Source: Sedimentisphaerales bacterium (GTDB lineage Bacteria > Planctomycetota > Phycisphaerae > Sedimentisphaerales > SM23-30). Taken from it: 64,000 bases of DNA. The notes under the pieces are model-generated. The model had not been told where the DNA came from and did not search any database. It worked only from the letters and a program-made list of their open reading frames with translations. Of the stretch, positions 33,167 to 43,824 are shown piece by piece (the stretch's first letter is position 1; each line of letters starts with the position of its first letter). The stretch covers positions 64,001 to 128,000 of the forward strand of contig CAXXMR010000015.1 of assembly GCA_963663805.2 (NCBI GenBank), given 5' to 3'. Position numbers and translations under genes: made by a program.

Positions 33167-36100
33167 TCATTTCCCTTTTTTTCCGCGTTTGGCCTTCTTC
33201 TCATTTTCCCTGTCGAAATCTTCTGAGTGATAATGGTCCGTCAAAAACTGCTTCATTTCCGCATAGCCGGAAATCATCTTATCAAACCGCCCTATCAACT
33301 CTCGTACATATTTCTGCTGACCTTCACGGTTTTTTGTCACCCTCATAAGCCACGTTTCCATCGTCTTAAACTGCTCTTCCAGAACAGATAACAGCATATC
33401 ACCACTTTCTTGCGCCTCCCGGCCCTGCTGTAATTGGGATTGCTCGTGTAATTCCTGACGCTGAGCCTGTAATTCCCGCACCACATTGCCCATTCGCTCG
33501 GTCAAATCCCCCAGCGTTTGCTGAAAATGTTCATTCTCCTGCTTCGATTCGACCTTTATACGCTCGTCCTGCTGATGACATTTCTGTACACCTTCAGCCA
33601 GAACATCCTTGATCGAGTCAAGCCCCGCACCAAACGAACTCAACTGTCGGATCATCAGGTTCACCTTGTCATCCGAATCACCACCCAGCATTTGATTACG
33701 TCCAAACGTCTTTTTTATCTCATTCCAACGCCGGGTCTGCTGCTCGTCCAGTCGCCTGGTAAGTTCCCGGAACTTCAGCAGATTCGATTCGACACCACTG
33801 GTAAGCGTCTGGGCATCCTGCTCATAATTGGAGTATATCAGCGTCCAAAGCTCTTCATCATTCAGAACGGGCAGTACCCGCCCCGCGATACGGTTCATAT
33901 TACGATACGATCCCTGCAAGAGGAAAGACGGCTCGGTACGATACTCATCCGCCTGACCAGCCGACCGAATGTAATGCTGATTAACCGTGAGTACCACATC
34001 ACGCACCGTAAACAGCTTCTTCATCGTATTCACATATTCGTTCAGCTCATCAACAGCGTAATTGGCTTCGAACTCAACATCATCACGATTGCCCATCTCC
34101 GCCAGTTTGATGATCTGATAAACATCCTTTTGACTGCGATTGGCCAGCTTACCCAGTATCGGATTCGAGGTCAGACAGTTTTCGATATAGCTCAGCACAA
34201 AACTGTCATAATTGTCGCCCACAATATCCCCAATATTGTAAGTGTCGGCACGGTTCGCCAGCATATCAGGAATCTTAAACTTCTCACCGCTTTCGGTGTA
34301 AGGGTTTCCAGCCATCACCACGCAAACCCGCTTGCCCCGCAAATCGTAAGTCCGGCTACGCCCCTGATAAACCCCTTCAACCCGGCGCTGAGCATCACAA
34401 AGTGAAATGAACTTCTGCAAAAATTCCGGATTGCAATGTTGAATGTCATCAACATAAATCATTATATTATCGCCCATCTCAAACGCCAGATTGAGTTTGT
34501 GGATCTCTTCCCGTGCAGCCACGTTAGATGCCTCATCGGGATCAAAACTTGTCACCCGATTACCGACCACAGGCCCGTTAATCTTCATAAAAATCAAGCC
34601 CAGCCGGTTCGCGACATACTCCATCAGAGTTGTTTTGCCATAACCTGGCGGAGAAATCATCAGCAACAGCCCCTGCCTGTCCGTACGCTTATCAACCCCG
34701 GCTGTGCCAATTTGCTTGGCTAGATTATCGCCAATCAAAGGCAGATAAACCTTGTCGATCAACTTATTACGAACAAAGCTGCTCAGCACCCTCGGCATAA
34801 ATTCACTCAGGCGCAGCTTATCCTCATAATAATCTACCAACTCTTTCTTACGCTGCTGATACGCAGCAAACTTAGGCCCCGTAATCGCCTCATGCCCGCG
34901 CAACTTAGTCATAAACCGACAGTAATGCAGCCTGTAATTACCGTTCTCGATCAAGTCATGTGTACCCACCAGACCTTCTAATTCACTCTCCACAGACTGC
35001 GCCACCACTACACGCTTTACGGATTCATCATCCAGAATATAAGCCGCAGCTTCATCGGCACACTCTTCCAACCACCCTTCCTTGCTACTGCGTATAAATG
35101 CCTTCAGCCAGTCCCGCAACAGTTTATATGCTTCCAGGCCTTGCCTGCCCAACTCATCCAACGCTTCCCTTAGAGTTTTTTCCTGTTCCTGACTGAGTTG
35201 CAACTCGAATGCCTTTTGAATATCCACCGCAGCCTGACTCACACAGAACTCGCCCCCGCCACAAAGTTCTTCAAACAGATATTCAGCCGCCTCGTCAACC
35301 TCATCCACCCCAAACAAACCGCTCAGCCGCACAAATTCTTCTAACCCTTTACGCAGCAAATCAACATAATCACCACGCTCTGTACTCGTACCAAACGCTT
35401 CGCAAAGATATCCCATGCTCAAAATTTTTGCGGCCGTCTGCTTCCGAAACCGCTCATCACAATTTCTCCAGAACATAACTGCCAAAGCCCGCCCACAAGC
35501 TCCATAACGCAGCAGCCCGATCTCACCGGCCATCTGCAAAAGTCCCTGCAATATCACCGCCCCATCTACATCATGCACACCCTTGACATAGCCTTCCGCA
35601 AAACGCGGCCCCATATATTTCTGAACCGTAGCGACAACTTCATTCAGTTCCGCATACCGCAACATCTCAGCATCTATCGCGGAGTCGTTAAACATTTTAT
35701 ATGCCAGATATTCGCCACGATATACCTGTGCATTTTCCGAGAGGACATCCATGCTCCAAACATCCGCAGTTGCCGCCAGCTCTTCGTCTTCTATTTCTTC
35801 AAAGAAACCTGTCCCCGTCAAATGGTAGAACATCTTATTATCACGTTCCACCGTCGTTCCTTCAAGATTTTGTCGGTTCACGGTAAACTTATGACTGCCC
35901 AACCGGATTACATTCTCGCTGTCCTCATAAAGCCCCTGCCGGTCTTTCAGTTGCCGCACCGCTTCCTGCTGCAGTGACTTCAGCTGACTCTTGACATCCT
36001 CAGATTTAACTGTGTCGCCCAGCTCCTCAAGCTGCCGAACCGTCTCCCGCACTCGCTCCACCATCAGATCAGAAGCGAAATATCCATTGATCTCGTTTAT

Positions 36101-38473
36101 CTCGTTAAGCCGCGTCACCCTGCTGCGAATACCCTTTAGAATCCGCTGGGCCGCCGTCATCAGACTGTCTGTCCGCTGATTCCGCTGCGAAACCAGTTGA
36201 ACCTTACGCGACTCAAATGTATTATATATTTCCTCTCGCTTCTCTGTCAGTTCGCCCACAAACTCATCGTAATCCGCGAATTTACTTTCCAGCGTCTCAA
36301 TCTGCACCATAACCTTGGTCAGATACTCATCGCACTTTTCCGGACTGCTGCACAAATCCAGAAAATTAATCGCTGACTGCTCCAGAAGCTTAATCTGTGC
36401 TCCAAACTCCGCGCGTCCCTCAACTGCCGCCAGTTCCTTCATTTTATTCTTCAGAGCCGACCTGACCTGATTAACCGTGGCATAAACCAACGAAATGTTA
36501 TCGATTATCGTCGCGGTCTGAGTCGCATCCTCAATCTTCAGATTACTGACTATCTCAGTCAGCATCTCCAGTTCACCGGCGTTTTTGAGTATGTCCTGTT
36601 CAGCTTCCTTCGCCTGCGCTACCCGTACGATTTCCGGAACCAGCTCACGCAGCTTTTCAATTCGCACCTGATAATCACTCAGCGATTCAGCATCCAGAAG
36701 AAACTCCACACACAACCCGCTAAGTTTCTCCGCTACTCCGGCCACCTCACTTTCCAATCCCTCGACCTGCTCCATATCCGCATAACGAAGCTCTTTCAGC
36801 GAAATAACTTCACCCCGCACCGAACGCAGCTTCATTAAATGTTCGACAAAAGTATTTATGCTCTTGAGATTTCCGAAATCAATATCGCTGATGATGTCCC
36901 GTACCTGTCGACTAACCCGTTCTATCTCCTGCCGCGTATTCTGACGGGTTCGCACCACCTTTTCATACTCATCAATCGCCGAACTCGCCGCTGCCTTGAT
37001 TTCATTTAACGGGCCATCCAACTTGCCCGCCTCGTCAGATTTCAACCAAAAGTAGCCATCGATGATATTCTGGGCCAGCTTGCTTATGTCAGTATAAAGA
37101 TTAGTGTAACTTTCTTCCTTGCCTATCAGGGTCAGCAGTGCCGAGCACTCCGCCATACATTGCACAATATCCTTATTGCCGATATCATAAAGCTGCGAGT
37201 CATGCTTAACCTCAATCTGATAATCGGGTCCGTAATAGGGTGTCTGCCAAACCTGCACCACGTGCTGCTTCTGAGCTTCATCGCTGGCCCGAAAATACAG
37301 CATCGTACCATCTTCAAAGCCCGAATAGCCGTGACATATCACCGGTGTATCGACTCTCTGCTCGATAAGATTATACGAAAGCAGAATATAAACACCGCTG
37401 TCACGATTGTAGAAAATATAGAGAAAATCCTCACCGTTAGGAGAACTTATCCGCTTTTCGAATACCATATCCTCCATATCAGTCTCAAACTGCTTCCGCT
37501 GCCCGGTCTGCAAGTAATAACCATTACTGAATATCAAACCGCGGCCTTCCGGTAGCAGCACACAGGCATCCTTGATAGCATCTATCCGCACCGCCTGCTG
37601 AAGCTTTTCGTTATAAACGACATAGCGATAATTCTTCTCCTGATACGGCAACACCTTCAGAATGACCAGATTATCCAGAATCGCATAATGAATATCCGCA
37701 TCCGCCAGCGTCTGGTCCGGATCATCTACGGGTTCAGAATAAATCCCTTCGCCGGTCTCAGTATTATCTTCTATTTTGATAGTCAGATCGCCCCCTACCG
37801 TTTCGACAAATATCCTATCTTCGATCGAGATATGCGGACTAGCCCCACCGCGATGCATATCCTGCGTCACCCGCTTCCAGGCAAACTCGTGCTGCGACGG
37901 GAATACATGCTCATGGTCACTGCGATTGTTCAGATACTTCAGCTTACTGCCCTGAATAAGCCACTTGAATGTTTTTATATCAGTAACATCCTTGCCTACT
38001 CTGAATACCATGAACAGGTGCGGTCCAATCACAGAAAACTTGCTAAAACGTGCGTTACGATAATATTTGTACAGGTTCTGAAAATCAGCCTCAAACTGAC
38101 TATCCGTAATAAATTCCAGGCCTGCCACCGAAAGCTCGTTATTGAGCCAGTTATATGCAGAAAAAGTGTCACTGAGCCGGGTTTCAGATCTCAGCCCCAC
38201 GAAAACATTATAGCCAAACAAAAACTTATGATCGACCGGAACCATATCACGCGGAATACAATTGTTCTCCGTACTTATCCGCTGACTCGACAACAGCTTC
38301 GTTTCTACCGCACCAAACACCCCTTTGCGTGCAGAATTAAGCTTATCGATACGCGATCGCAACTCCTTGCCGTGTGTCAGCAGCCGATTGCGGATAATCT
38401 CATAAGTCCCCCCTTCCAACTGTCCATCCGCAGGAACGCCCACAGCTTTAACTTTAGCTTCTTTTTCAACCAT
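33167..38473 (-). CDS. Very large AAA+ ATPase (DUF3686-like, often annotated DNA repair ATPase)
   Basis: Walker A ISPPGYGKTT, Walker B IYVDD, VMAGNPY, LANRAD; long coiled coils; likely ATG at 38473 (the ORF track opens at 38518). Confidence 0.85.
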   Translation of the reverse strand: MVEKEAKVKAVGVPADGQLEGGTYEIIRNRLLTHGKELRSRIDKLNSARKGVFGAVETKLLSSQRISTENNCIPRDMVPVDHKFLFGYNVFVGLRSETRLSDTFSAYNWLNNELSVAGLEFITDSQFEADFQNLYKYYRNARFSKFSVIGPHLFMVFRVGKDVTDIKTFKWLIQGSKLKYLNNRSDHEHVFPSQHEFAWKRVTQDMHRGGASPHISIEDRIFVETVGGDLTIKIEDNTETGEGIYSEPVDDPDQTLADADIHYAILDNLVILKVLPYQEKNYRYVVYNEKLQQAVRIDAIKDACVLLPEGRGLIFSNGYYLQTGQRKQFETDMEDMVFEKRISSPNGEDFLYIFYNRDSGVYILLSYNLIEQRVDTPVICHGYSGFEDGTMLYFRASDEAQKQHVVQVWQTPYYGPDYQIEVKHDSQLYDIGNKDIVQCMAECSALLTLIGKEESYTNLYTDISKLAQNIIDGYFWLKSDEAGKLDGPLNEIKAAASSAIDEYEKVVRTRQNTRQEIERVSRQVRDIISDIDFGNLKSINTFVEHLMKLRSVRGEVISLKELRYADMEQVEGLESEVAGVAEKLSGLCVEFLLDAESLSDYQVRIEKLRELVPEIVRVAQAKEAEQDILKNAGELEMLTEIVSNLKIEDATQTATIIDNISLVYATVNQVRSALKNKMKELAAVEGRAEFGAQIKLLEQSAINFLDLCSSPEKCDEYLTKVMVQIETLESKFADYDEFVGELTEKREEIYNTFESRKVQLVSQRNQRTDSLMTAAQRILKGIRSRVTRLNEINEINGYFASDLMVERVRETVRQLEELGDTVKSEDVKSQLKSLQQEAVRQLKDRQGLYEDSENVIRLGSHKFTVNRQNLEGTTVERDNKMFYHLTGTGFFEEIEDEELAATADVWSMDVLSENAQVYRGEYLAYKMFNDSAIDAEMLRYAELNEVVATVQKYMGPRFAEGYVKGVHDVDGAVILQGLLQMAGEIGLLRYGACGRALAVMFWRNCDERFRKQTAAKILSMGYLCEAFGTSTERGDYVDLLRKGLEEFVRLSGLFGVDEVDEAAEYLFEELCGGGEFCVSQAAVDIQKAFELQLSQEQEKTLREALDELGRQGLEAYKLLRDWLKAFIRSSKEGWLEECADEAAAYILDDESVKRVVVAQSVESELEGLVGTHDLIENGNYRLHYCRFMTKLRGHEAITGPKFAAYQQRKKELVDYYEDKLRLSEFMPRVLSSFVRNKLIDKVYLPLIGDNLAKQIGTAGVDKRTDRQGLLLMISPPGYGKTTLMEYVANRLGLIFMKINGPVVGNRVTSFDPDEASNVAAREEIHKLNLAFEMGDNIMIYVDDIQHCNPEFLQKFISLCDAQRRVEGVYQGRSRTYDLRGKRVCVVMAGNPYTESGEKFKIPDMLANRADTYNIGDIVGDNYDSFVLSYIENCLTSNPILGKLANRSQKDVYQIIKLAEMGNRDDVEFEANYAVDELNEYVNTMKKLFTVRDVVLTVNQHYIRSAGQADEYRTEPSFLLQGSYRNMNRIAGRVLPVLNDEELWTLIYSNYEQDAQTLTSGVESNLLKFRELTRRLDEQQTRRWNEIKKTFGRNQMLGGDSDDKVNLMIRQLSSFGAGLDSIKDVLAEGVQKCHQQDERIKVESKQENEHFQQTLGDLTERMGNVVRELQAQRQELHEQSQLQQGREAQESGDMLLSVLEEQFKTMETWLMRVTKNREGQQKYVRELIGRFDKMISGYAEMKQFLTDHYHSEDFDRENEKKAKRGKKGK

Positions 38474-38538
38474 ATAACACCAAAAGCAACTGATATCAAA
38501 TAAACAAAGTCTGCCCAACCAAAGTCACACTATTAACC

Positions 38539-40530
38539 TCATGCCTGCTTAATAAAGTTCTTGGCCGGCACATCAGCCATCCCTAATGACTTGACAGTGT
38601 CCAGCAAACTCTGCAAGGTTCCTTTTTGGCCTTTATCAGATTTTTCTATCAATTTCAGCATCAACGCCGAAACAGACAGATTCGCGATATCCTGCGATTT
38701 TATGCCAAATTGTCCCACAAAATCACGTATCTTCTGAACAGTCTCTTCCGAATCATTCGTCAAAAAAGTTTCTTTTACGTTGGTCAACAATTCGCTGTTA
38801 TCAACCATCCGGTCCACACTCTTGCCGCTGGTAATCGAACCCACCAAACGCTCAAAGAATCGGTTCTCGCCACCAACAATATCGATCCGCGCCGACTTGA
38901 GGGCCTCACCCACGATAATCGCCTGCTGCTCAGCGATATCCTTCTGGATATTGATTTCCGCCAGCTCAACTTCCAGATCCTTATTAAGCCGCAGTTTGAA
39001 TTCTTCGTGGTCCTTGCCCACCGCGTCGAAAATCTTCATAGCCTCAGCCTTGTCCCGAATACCGTCAGCTTCAGCATGATATTTCAATTCCATTATCTTA
39101 GCCTGAGCTGTACCTTCTTTCTCTAATGCCACCGCCTGAGCTTCGGTAACTTCCGCCTGAGCCATACCCACAACCGCTTCTTCCTTCACCGATGCCGCCG
39201 CCAGCACTTTCTTGGCATTGGCGTTTTTGTCTGATGCTTTTAGGTTGGCATCCGCCTCAATAATCAACTGTTCGGCATGAAGTTCGGCAGCTTTCTTTTC
39301 CGCCTCGGCAGCCTTAATATCTTTAACCAATGCCGCTTCAGCCTGCTCCTCAGCCTTGGTGATCTGTACTTTCTTGGAACGTTCCGCCGTAGCGAACTCA
39401 CGCGTATCCTTAATGCGTTCTTCTTCCGCCACAACCGTCTTTTCGATCATCACACGTTCCCGCACCGCCGCTTGAACATTTTTCTTTTCGCCTTCAACAA
39501 TTTTATCTTTTTCCAGCTGTGCCACCGACACCAGCCGCTCACGCTCTGTAGCTTCCAACCCACGATCACGTTCAACACGTTCGGTCTCAACCGCATCGGT
39601 CCGCTGCTTGTTCTTCGCTGCCACAATAATCTGACGCTGTTTATTCTCTTCAGCGACCGCGATTTCCTCATCAGCCGTAATACGCGCCTTTTCCGCTTTT
39701 TCACGCTCGGTTTCCTGTACCCGCTTTGCCTCAGCCTCTTCATGGGCCTGAATCGACGCGATCTCACGCTTCTGCTTGGCTTCCGCCTCCGCTAACTGCT
39801 TGTTAAGTTCCAGAATAGCTTCTTTCGCTTCCACATCCTGTTGGGTAATGGTCTTATCCTTTTCACGTTCCCGCGCATTAGCCATCTCAAACTGGGCCGC
39901 TGTCAGCATCGTAATCTTCTTGATACCCTCGGCATCCAGAATATTGTCCGGACTCAGCAGTTTCTTGTCCGTCTGCTCCAGATAATCGATAGCCGCGTCT
40001 TCCAGCACATATCCACTCAAATCCGTACCAATAACCCCTAAAATCTGCTCCCGGAATTTCACCCGGTTCGTATAAAGCTCCGAAAAATCAAACTGCTTGC
40101 CCACCGTCTTGAGTGCTTCACTGAACTTCGCATCAAACAGCTCTATCAACGCCTGCCGATCACTCGCCCGCTTACAGCCCAGAGACTGAGCGACCTTTAT
40201 CACGTCCGCCGCGGTGTTATTAACACGTACAAAAAACGCCACTACAATATCAGCCCGCAGATTATCCTTACAAATCAACCCCTGCAAACCACGCCGGTCA
40301 ATCTCGATCCGCTTAACCGAAATATCCATGTATTCCACCTTATGCAGGATCGGAATCACAAATTTTCCGGAAAAACTCACCCTAGTCCCGCCCACACCAT
40401 TACGTATCAATGCCTCACCCTGAGAAACTTTCCGGTAACACTTTATTAAAAGAGCCAGAAAGCCCACCACGATGATAACCACCGCCACCATTGCCACCGA
40501 CAACACATCCTGAGCAAATGCCAACATCAT
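38539..40530 (-). CDS. Flotillin/SPFH family protein (YqiK-like)
   Basis: N-terminal TM, GLICKDNLRADIVVAFFVRV, NILDAEGIKKIT, Ala/Glu-rich coiled coil. Confidence 0.9.
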   Translation of the reverse strand: MMLAFAQDVLSVAMVAVVIIVVGFLALLIKCYRKVSQGEALIRNGVGGTRVSFSGKFVIPILHKVEYMDISVKRIEIDRRGLQGLICKDNLRADIVVAFFVRVNNTAADVIKVAQSLGCKRASDRQALIELFDAKFSEALKTVGKQFDFSELYTNRVKFREQILGVIGTDLSGYVLEDAAIDYLEQTDKKLLSPDNILDAEGIKKITMLTAAQFEMANAREREKDKTITQQDVEAKEAILELNKQLAEAEAKQKREIASIQAHEEAEAKRVQETEREKAEKARITADEEIAVAEENKQRQIIVAAKNKQRTDAVETERVERDRGLEATERERLVSVAQLEKDKIVEGEKKNVQAAVRERVMIEKTVVAEEERIKDTREFATAERSKKVQITKAEEQAEAALVKDIKAAEAEKKAAELHAEQLIIEADANLKASDKNANAKKVLAAASVKEEAVVGMAQAEVTEAQAVALEKEGTAQAKIMELKYHAEADGIRDKAEAMKIFDAVGKDHEEFKLRLNKDLEVELAEINIQKDIAEQQAIIVGEALKSARIDIVGGENRFFERLVGSITSGKSVDRMVDNSELLTNVKETFLTNDSEETVQKIRDFVGQFGIKSQDIANLSVSALMLKLIEKSDKGQKGTLQSLLDTVKSLGMADVPAKNFIKQA

Positions 40531-40532
40531 AA

Positions 40533-41186
40533 TTAAATCTCCAAATCTACCGGGGCGATATAATATACCCCGCTGCCTTTATCTTGTCCCACAACCACAG
40601 CCTCGTCGCCTTTACGCATCACCTGGCCGTCTTCGGTCTTAACATTCAATACTATTGGTGCTCCTTCAGTGCGCACCTCTGCCTGCCCCAACCTGTCTGA
40701 AACTTCACTTGTCAATATTGTGCAAATCCTCCCCACAACTTTTCGCGGAGCGTTATAATCTTTATTAAAAAAGCTGAAAAACTTCTTTAGAGGTGCCGCG
40801 AATATACGAGTCACCAGCCCGCTGACAACAATATTCCCAGCCAGGATACCTATGCCAAATACCAGATTCCTGCCCGGATTCAAATAATAATTACCTATCA
40901 GAGAGACTATCCACATACACAAAACCATAATACTTATCAGCACCATCACCGGCACTTCACCGATATAGAAAAACTCCAGCACTCCTCGCCAGACCCCACC
41001 CGCTTCAACATCAATCTCAGCATCCGCATCGACATCGCCTTCGACATCCCAGTCAACATCTAAAAAGCTGACATCCATCAGCCCCACAATGACTGTTATC
41101 CAGTACACTACTATCAAAATAAATAGTGTACTGCAAAGCACATTAACCGGTAAAAATGCCTCATGTACCAGTTCGCCCATAACCAC
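40533..41186 (-). CDS. NfeD/YqiJ-like membrane protein
   Basis: TM helices, acidic DVD linker, GEVPVMV, C-terminal OB-fold VGRICT...GQAEV...KGDEAVV; adjacent to the flotillin gene. Confidence 0.85.
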   Translation of the reverse strand: MVMGELVHEAFLPVNVLCSTLFILIVVYWITVIVGLMDVSFLDVDWDVEGDVDADAEIDVEAGGVWRGVLEFFYIGEVPVMVLISIMVLCMWIVSLIGNYYLNPGRNLVFGIGILAGNIVVSGLVTRIFAAPLKKFFSFFNKDYNAPRKVVGRICTILTSEVSDRLGQAEVRTEGAPIVLNVKTEDGQVMRKGDEAVVVGQDKGSGVYYIAPVDLEI

Positions 41187-41200
41187 TCCCCAAAGAGGTT

Positions 41201-41863
41201 TTATTCCCCTATTTTATCCTTTAACGCCTGCATTTCTGCCTCGACTTGCATCTCACGTACCCGGTCGGTAAGCTCGGCATCACTGAAATCACTCCCCCTC
41301 ATCTCCTGACGCACTTCCATTTCCGCCTCAGCAGTCAAAACCTCATCTTCCAGCCGATCAAAAGCACCAGCCTGCTCAACCGACCCCACCCTGTCCAGTT
41401 GCCGATCAAAAGCATTCTGGGCCTCGGCGTTACTCTTGCGTGCCTGCAAATCTCTCAATTTAAGCTTTGCCAGTTTCAACTGGTCCTGCAGCTTCAGAAG
41501 ATTATCACGCAGCATCTCAAAATTCTTTTTACCTTGCTCCACCCCGCTCTGTAATTGCCCTAACCGTTCTGTAACCTTAACTTTTTCAAGCAGCAGTTTG
41601 CGTGTCAGTTCATCATTGCCGCTTTTAAGGGCCTGCTCCGCCTTCTCTACCAGCTGCTTCTGCATAGCTTCCAGAGAATCAGTTTCTTTCTTCAAGCGGT
41701 TATAAGTTGCCCCATAAACCGCGGCACTTTCCCGCCCCTGTCCAATAGTATCTTCCAACTCTTTGATCCTGGCCTCCAACTCATTTTCGGCCGGCTCCAT
41801 CTGATCCAAAAGCCAGTTAACATTACTTTTCACAATCCGCCTGACTCTATCCAGAATTGACAT
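41201..41863 (-). CDS. PspA/IM30 family protein (paralog 2)
   Basis: MSILDRVRRIVKSNVNWLLDQMEP, AEQALKSGNDELTRKLL, AFDRLEDEV. Confidence 0.9.
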   Translation of the reverse strand: MSILDRVRRIVKSNVNWLLDQMEPAENELEARIKELEDTIGQGRESAAVYGATYNRLKKETDSLEAMQKQLVEKAEQALKSGNDELTRKLLLEKVKVTERLGQLQSGVEQGKKNFEMLRDNLLKLQDQLKLAKLKLRDLQARKSNAEAQNAFDRQLDRVGSVEQAGAFDRLEDEVLTAEAEMEVRQEMRGSDFSDAELTDRVREMQVEAEMQALKDKIGE

Positions 41864-42088
41864 AACTATCACTCCTGTTCTGAAAAACATATTTATCAGA
41901 ATTACACATCACATGCCGACCTTGAATATCCACTCAAAAACAGCCACGAAACACCTAACCAGTACGAAACATACCAACAAACACGCAGGGATTACACTTC
42001 ACTGAAAGAGACAGTGTTACACCAGCGACAACGTTATACAGCTTGCGTTCGCCACAGCGGCCTATCGGAACGATACGTACTGATACAG

Positions 42089-42769
42089 TTAGTGCGATAC
42101 GCACCGACGTAACTCAGACAAACGTTTTTCGATTTCCGCTTCGTGGTCCAGTTCCCGTAACCGCTTTTCCAGCGAAGGACTTACTTCACCTTCTCCGGTA
42201 AGGTCAGCCTGAATCTCAAGTTGCGTTTCAACCTCTTCGACATGTGCTTCCAGCCGCGCCACTGCGTCCAGAATACTGTCACTGCTGCCTACACCGCCGC
42301 TTACTGTACGTTGAATGTTAGATTGTGTTTTAGCGATTCTTGCCCGGGTTAGCAAGGCATCTTTTTTACAGCGTAACTCATCCAGCTGCTGTTGAATGCG
42401 TTTTCGACTGACTTTTGCCCGGTCCAGCGCATCAACCGACCGGTCCAGATTCTGCTGGGCAATGCCCATAACCTTTTCACCGTCGATTTGAGCCTCGACC
42501 GCCAGACGAGCCGTATCCTCATCCTGCTTCTCTAAAGCCTGTCTGGCTCCGCGGTTATATTTCTCCAACCGCTGCTGATGCCGCTCCAGATCGCGTTCCG
42601 CCTGCTTAACAGCAGCCGATGCCTTGGCTTCTGCCTCACTGGCCTGAACCAGCTGCTTCTCCATCTCTTCGATGAGAATAGGAAATACCCGTTCCGGATC
42701 TTCCACCTGGTCTAAAAAGGCTTCGATCCTGCCCATAGTGATTCTGTGGAGACGTTTGAATAGCCCCAT
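42089..42769 (-). CDS. PspA/IM30 family protein (paralog 1)
   Basis: MGLFKRLHRITMGRIEAFLDQVEDPE and ARQALEKQDEDTARLA. Confidence 0.92.
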   Translation of the reverse strand: MGLFKRLHRITMGRIEAFLDQVEDPERVFPILIEEMEKQLVQASEAEAKASAAVKQAERDLERHQQRLEKYNRGARQALEKQDEDTARLAVEAQIDGEKVMGIAQQNLDRSVDALDRAKVSRKRIQQQLDELRCKKDALLTRARIAKTQSNIQRTVSGGVGSSDSILDAVARLEAHVEEVETQLEIQADLTGEGEVSPSLEKRLRELDHEAEIEKRLSELRRCVSH

Positions 42770-42792
42770 ACTAATACTCCTTCTTGCTAGGC

Positions 42793-42812
42793 TTCCGACA
42801 CAATTGTCGGAA
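42793..42812. promoter_or_regulatory. Perfect 8-4-8 palindrome upstream of the pspA cluster
   Basis: TTCCGACA-CAAT-TGTCGGAA, ~24 bp upstream of the first start codon. Confidence 0.45.
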
Positions 42813-43109
42813 TGACCGACGACGAAAAGCTATAAGCTTTCCTGATCGTCCATTATACTTTGCCATACCCGCCATCCACAGGCGGCACAAAGCATTACCG
42901 GAATACTACCCTTAATACAGGCCAAAACTCAAGCCTGCTATTCTACTATATCCCTGTAATCTTAAAATGACAAGTAAAAATAATAATAAAAGTACAAATT
43001 TTTCGATATCGTCCCAAAGTTTGGGGGTGAATAGGTAAAATATGGACAATATAGGCTTGAAACGTGATATTAAATTGTCACAAAACAATTTCACGGAGGT
43101 TTCAAGCCT

Positions 43110-43570
43110 ATGCAGAGCATTATATCATTAGAAGTACTGACAGCGGTAGCGGAAAATGGTTTTTCGCTGGATGAATTGGTGATTACTGCCCGTAAGGTGT
43201 TTGAGCAGGAAGGTATGCCCGGATTAATCGGCATAATACTAAGGCTGGTCGATGAGAATATATCATTGCGATTATGCCAGGGTAAATCTCCCTGGCAGCC
43301 GACAGGTTGCTGTGAGCAATCGAGCTACGAATATCAGGATCGTCAGGAGCGAAGATTTCGTACCTCCGCAGGCACGGTAAAAATACGCTGGCGGCGTTTA
43401 CGCTGTCTTAATTGCGGCAAAAGCCTTGTGCCGCTCAGAGAATTTCTGGGCCTGGATGTATATCAGAGCAAAACTGCCGAATTGGAGAAGACCATTATTG
43501 AGGTAGTCAGCGAACAAAGTTATCGTCGCAGCAGCAATCATTTAGCAACCATTGGCAATATACCCGTAAG
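43110..43570 (+). pseudogene. N-terminal fragment of a UPF0236 (ISLre2/ISH6-like) transposase
   Basis: RRFRTSAGTVKIRWRRLRC...LREFLGL...SYRRSS; truncated. Confidence 0.6.
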
Positions 43571-43588
43571 CCTTGGAGTCACCAAGAT

Positions 43589-43805
43589 TCAAGCAGACTG
43601 TTTTAGCCGATAGCCCATTGTCCGGGCTTGGCTGAAGTAGCGTTGCTCAATGTTGAGTGGCACTTCTTTAGCATCATGGCCAGGCATTTCTGGCATGTTG
43701 TCATAGTAGACATCATCCGGACGTAAGCCATCAAGTGACATGTGGGGACGCCATTGGTTATACCAGGTCTGGAATTCATTGCAAAGTTTGATTAGGTACT
43801 TGAAG
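43589..43805 (-). pseudogene. C-terminal fragment of an rve integrase
   Basis: WYNQWRPHMSLDGLRPDDVY; joined to upstream DNA through a C14 run. Confidence 0.7.
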
Positions 43806-43824
43806 CCTCCCCCCCCCCCCCCAC

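Noticed and set aside
41946..41985. ACGAAACA direct repeats between pspA1 and pspA2
   Set aside because: Too short to distinguish from chance without conservation data.
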